Part shown: one piece after another, positions 49,448 through 52,607 of the stretch
Layout of the letters: each line of letters starts with the position of its first letter
Numbering within the stretch: the first letter of the stretch is position 1
Origin: Nitrospiria bacterium
GTDB taxonomy: Bacteria; Nitrospirota; RBG-16-64-22
DNA length: 52,607 nt
NCBI GenBank assembly: GCA_919903025.1
Contig: CAKKSE010000040.1
Location: 1-52,607 of the forward strand
Reading direction: 5' to 3'
Notes under the pieces: generated by a model
The model's database searches: none
Told to the model about the DNA's origin: nothing
The model's input: only the letters and a program-made list of their open reading frames with translations
Position numbers and translations under genes: made by a program

Positions 49448-51120
49448 GTTCCGCCCTCTTTCCCGGCGCCCTCTTCAGGCGCAGTCAGGATCGATCGAAG
49501 ACCCGCGAACTCCTTCTGGAGCGTCTCGATGCTCAGGTCGAGGGAGACGGCCCCGTCGACGCCCTCCTGGGTGGCCTCGCGGATCGATTCGATCGAGTCA
49601 AGGACCTCCCGGCTCCCCATCTCCTGCTCGTGCGTCGCCGTGTTGATCCGCTGGACCTGCTCGGTGATCGTCTCCACGGCGCGCGAAATCTGGTGGCTCC
49701 CCTTCGACTGTTCGGCCATCGCCCGCTTGACGTGGCTCGTGATGTCCCGGACCTGCTCGGCCGAGCGAACGACGGCTTCCGTCCCGGCCCGCTGTTCCTG
49801 GATCGCCCGCGCGATCTGCCCGACCATCTCCCCCACCTGCGTCATCGAATGGAAGACGTCCTGGGCCCCGCGCGCCTGCTCCCCCGCGGCCCGCTCGATC
49901 CAGCCGGCCAGCTCGGACGACTCCTTCGCCGTCTCCATGATCTTCTTGAGCGCGCCGCCGGTCTCCATGGCGAACTTCATCCCTTCCTCGGCCGTCGCCT
50001 GCCCCTCCCCGGCCGCCGAAACCGCCTCGGCCGCCTCGGCCTGGACAGCCTTGATGATCGTCTCTATCTCCTTCGTGGAGGAGGCCGTCCGCTCCGCGAG
50101 CTCCTTGATCTCGTCGGCCACGACGGAGAACCCTTTGCCGTGCTCGCCCGCCTGGGCCGCGAGGATCGCCGCGTTCAGGGCAAGAAGAGACGTCCGGTCA
50201 GTCACCTCCTTGATGACCGTCAGGATCTTGCCCACCTCGCGGGATCGCTCCGAAAGCCGCGCGATGATCTGGGACGACCTGGCGACCGTTTCCTGGATCT
50301 TCTCCATCCCCGCGATCGTGTCGGCGATCGTCATCATTCCCTCCTCGATCGCCGCCGTCTTCACCCGCTCCGCGAGCCCCGCCGATGACTTGGCGCTTCC
50401 TTCCACCTCGCGGATGGACGCATCGATCTCCGTCATCGCCGAGACGGTCCTCTCGGCCGCGCCCGAGAGGCGTTCGACGCTCGCCGCGATTTCCCGGATC
50501 GACGCCCCCATCTGGTCGATCGCCGAGACGGACTGCTCCACGGCCCCGGACAGCGTCTCCGTCGCCTCCGCCACCTGGTCGGCCGACGCCGTCATCTCGA
50601 GGACGGAGGACGACGTCTCGACGGCAGACGACGCGAGAGACCCTGTCGACTCGGCGATATTGCGAATCGCCGAGGCCATCTCGGCGATCGAAGCGCCCGC
50701 CGTCTCGATCCCCTGGAGCTGGATCATCGCCTGTCTGCTGATCTGGGAGGAAACCTGCCTGAGATCGCGCGTCATCCCATCCACCCGCCCGAGGCCGCCC
50801 GCCATCTCCCGGCGGACCCTCTCGACGTCCTGGGCGAGGCGGGTGATGGACTGGACGATCGGCGCGGCCGGCCCCTTCAGCAGGTCCTCAGCCGGCGCCG
50901 GCGTCAGCGTGCCCGATCCGGAGCGAAGGGCCGTCGTCACTCTGTCGAAAGGGCTGGTCATGCGGGCGGCAATCGGCCACGCGGCGGCCCAGACGACCGC
51001 CAGAACAAGGAGGCTCCCCAAGGCGCCCAGTCTTCCGCCGCCGGCCAGCGCGAGAACGATCCAGGCGAGAAGAAGAGATATCCCAAGGAGCGTGACGAAC
51101 CTGGACTGGAGTGTCTTCAT
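49444..51120 (-). CDS. Methyl-accepting chemotaxis protein without periplasmic sensor
   Basis: Two adjacent TMs; MA tip [20 protein letters not shown]. Confidence 0.92.
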   Translation of the reverse strand: MKTLQSRFVTLLGISLLLAWIVLALAGGGRLGALGSLLVLAVVWAAAWPIAARMTSPFDRVTTALRSGSGTLTPAPAEDLLKGPAAPIVQSITRLAQDVERVRREMAGGLGRVDGMTRDLRQVSSQISRQAMIQLQGIETAGASIAEMASAIRNIAESTGSLASSAVETSSSVLEMTASADQVAEATETLSGAVEQSVSAIDQMGASIREIAASVERLSGAAERTVSAMTEIDASIREVEGSAKSSAGLAERVKTAAIEEGMMTIADTIAGMEKIQETVARSSQIIARLSERSREVGKILTVIKEVTDRTSLLALNAAILAAQAGEHGKGFSVVADEIKELAERTASSTKEIETIIKAVQAEAAEAVSAAGEGQATAEEGMKFAMETGGALKKIMETAKESSELAGWIERAAGEQARGAQDVFHSMTQVGEMVGQIARAIQEQRAGTEAVVRSAEQVRDITSHVKRAMAEQSKGSHQISRAVETITEQVQRINTATHEQEMGSREVLDSIESIREATQEGVDGAVSLDLSIETLQKEFAGLRSILTAPEEGAGKEGGT

Positions 51121-51170
51121 CGCGCGTCTCCGTCTCGGCAAATAGCCCCAGTGACTCTGGGGCCGGGCAA

Positions 51171-51248
51171 CTGGGTGGCTGTGTGATTGGGTGGCTGGGT
51201 AGTTAGGAACTTCCCATCAACCCATCGACCCATCAATCTGTCAACCCG
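51171..51248. repeat. Octamer tandem/inverted repeat (CTGGGTGG)n...(CCATCAAC)n
   Basis: In the 5' leader of the MCP operon. Confidence 0.7.
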
Positions 51249-51304
51249 ATCTCTGGGATAGTTCTCTTGAGATCATCGGCCAAAACCTTTTGAATAATGA
51301 GGAA

Positions 51305-51332
51305 ATTGTACCGGGCGGCATCGAAATGTCAA
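51305..51332 (-). promoter_or_regulatory. sigma70 promoter TTGACA-N16-TACAAT for che operon
   Basis: Near-consensus hexamers. Confidence 0.6.
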
Positions 51333-51378
51333 GGAAACAACCGCCGGCCGTCTTACCGTTCGGAGGGTGGGCGACAGT

Positions 51379-51717
51379 CTAACGGGATCCGCCGCGAAGC
51401 TTGACAAGCCTTTGAATCTCTCGCAGGTCGGATGGATCGATCTGGCGGAAGCACACGCCGACCTGCGAGTCGAGCCCTTCTTTCTCGAACGGATACTGCC
51501 AGGAGATCTCGCCCCGGCAGGTTATCCGCCGCGCTCCCGGGAGATAGAGAGTGACATCGATCGTTCCGCGCGGAATGCGCCGGCCGATCTTGATCCGACA
51601 GCCGCGCCAGCCGATGTCCTTGACAACGCCCGTATCGACAACGCCGCTTTCCCCCTGGACAAGAAAATCCGCCGGGGCGCTGATGGGAACACGGGGAGAA
51701 AGACGCCGGTCTCGCAA
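51379..51717 (-). CDS. Stand-alone PilZ domain protein
   Basis: RRLSPR (RxxxR) and DIGWRG (DxSxxG variant); GGAGG RBS, TTG start. Confidence 0.82.
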   Translation of the reverse strand: MRDRRLSPRVPISAPADFLVQGESGVVDTGVVKDIGWRGCRIKIGRRIPRGTIDVTLYLPGARRITCRGEISWQYPFEKEGLDSQVGVCFRQIDPSDLREIQRLVKLRGGSR

Positions 51718-51786
51718 GGGGCCTCCGTTTCGCCTCCAGCCGCTCCTGCGCTCGATCAGCGCTCGCGGAGAGAGACGCGGACATGC

Positions 51787-51879
51787 ACCCTCTTTTCGGC
51801 AGCCCGGCCATCCCGATCTTGTCGGGACCCGTTTTCGGCATTCCGGCCCCAGCTTGCGCTGGGTGTGGCTTTTCGGGGT
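51787..51879 (-). promoter_or_regulatory. c-di-GMP-I (GEMM-I) riboswitch
   Basis: Minus strand AAAAG-CC-ACA-CCCAGC-GCAA-GCTGGG-GCC-GG-AATGCC...ACGGGTCC..GGATGGCCGGGCTGCCGAA matches the GEMM-I P2/P3 architecture; TTGACG-N17-GATATT promoter at 51900-51928. Confidence 0.78.
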
Positions 51880-51971
51880 TGGGTGTCTACAGGGGAGTTA
51901 ATATCGCAAATTGCGGCAGGAACGTCAAGGCTCGATCGGATGAATCAATCCGGGCGTATTGCCATACGCCC

Positions 51972-52172
51972 CTACTTCGTGGAAAGGCGCCCCGCCTCCG
52001 TCACGATACGGCCGATGAAGGGACAACTCGACGGATCGGAGTGGCCCGGAAGAACGCGGCATCCCTTCTCGCCGCAGAACTCCCGGAGCATGTTCTCGCT
52101 CTCTTCGGGCGGCAGGGCCCGGAACACCGGACTCTCGATCAATATATCCCAGCACGGGGACCGGGATGTCAT
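51972..52172 (-). CDS. Small 4-Cys hypothetical protein (66 aa)
   Basis: GGAGG RBS; MTSRSPCWD...FCGEKGC...SCPF; follows the 52186 ORF. Confidence 0.45.
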   Translation of the reverse strand: MTSRSPCWDILIESPVFRALPPEESENMLREFCGEKGCRVLPGHSDPSSCPFIGRIVTEAGRLSTK

Positions 52173-52185
52173 GCCGCCTCCGTCC

Positions 52186-52401
52186 CTACGCCCTCTTGTC
52201 CAATACGTAGTTCCGCTTCTCCGCCGACACGGGACGCGTCTGCCGCCTCCGCTCGCCGAACCGGCGGTCGACGATGACCTGCGAGCCGGGCAACTGGTAC
52301 AGAACATCCTTGACGTCGCTGTATAAACCCGCATACCGCCGAGGGATGATCACCTGAAACCGCGCGTACGAAAGCTCCTGCGTCATCGAGATCTGCTCCA
52401 T
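52186..52401 (-). CDS. Small hypothetical protein with VIVDRRxGERR motif (71 aa)
   Basis: Purine-rich RBS; globular N-terminus plus DRR/ERR repeat. Confidence 0.55.
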   Translation of the reverse strand: MEQISMTQELSYARFQVIIPRRYAGLYSDVKDVLYQLPGSQVIVDRRFGERRRQTRPVSAEKRNYVLDKRA

Positions 52402-52607
52402 CTTTTCTTCCCTCCGCCCTTCTCCCTGATGTGCGCCGCCCGACGCCGGCATCTCTTACCCCTTCATCATCGCTCCTCGGCCCTCCATCAGATCGAGAAA
52501 CGATCCCGCCGGTCGGCAAACGCGGCCCGGAAACGGCAGTACTCTACGAAAATGGTCCTTCCGGCTTTCCTGTGGGCATCCCCCGCATGTTGTGGTCTCG
52601 GGATGTC

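Noticed and set aside
46988-51145. 1385-aa plus-strand ORF and other long antisense ORFs (e.g. 21662-23716, 33284-35176, 36151-38283)
   Set aside because: Shadow frames of high-GC genes that have clear motifs on the opposite strand.
51272-51300. sigma28 promoter (GCCGATGA) for the che operon
   Set aside because: The -10 fits but there is no convincing TAAA -35 at correct spacing; a sigma70 match lies just upstream.

Overview
High-GC Gram-negative bacterial chromosome segment. The gene order (zapA-6S-rarA-rny-ymdB-xseAB-ispA-dxs-tlyA, grpE-dnaK-dnaJ-rsmE, HEAT-containing che cluster) resembles Nitrospirota/Desulfobacterota-type organisms; this is an inference. (1) 1-15.5 kb is a metal/ion homeostasis region: partial P1B ATPase, an operon of porin, FMN-binding protein and His-containing membrane protein, then fur-FTR1-feoB-DtxR/FeoA, an MFS, chrA, a transglutaminase-like protein and a KhtT/KhtU-like antiporter. 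(2) 15.8-39 kb is core housekeeping. (3) 39-52.6 kb holds a Roadblock-domain protein, a chemosensory cluster with no cheA in the window whose second MCP ends in a PhnD-like ligand-binding domain, and a PilZ gene preceded by a c-di-GMP-I riboswitch. The top novelty candidate is a promoter with a Fur-type box, followed by a small Com-like zinc-ribbon ORF, GAG(G)CCC repeats overlapping an intrinsic terminator, and the porin/flavoprotein operon. This would be a protein-dependent attenuator on an iron-acquisition module. Many intergenic 6-9-mer tandem/inverted repeats and two MITE-like elements are present. No CRISPR array, rRNA or tRNA was seen.
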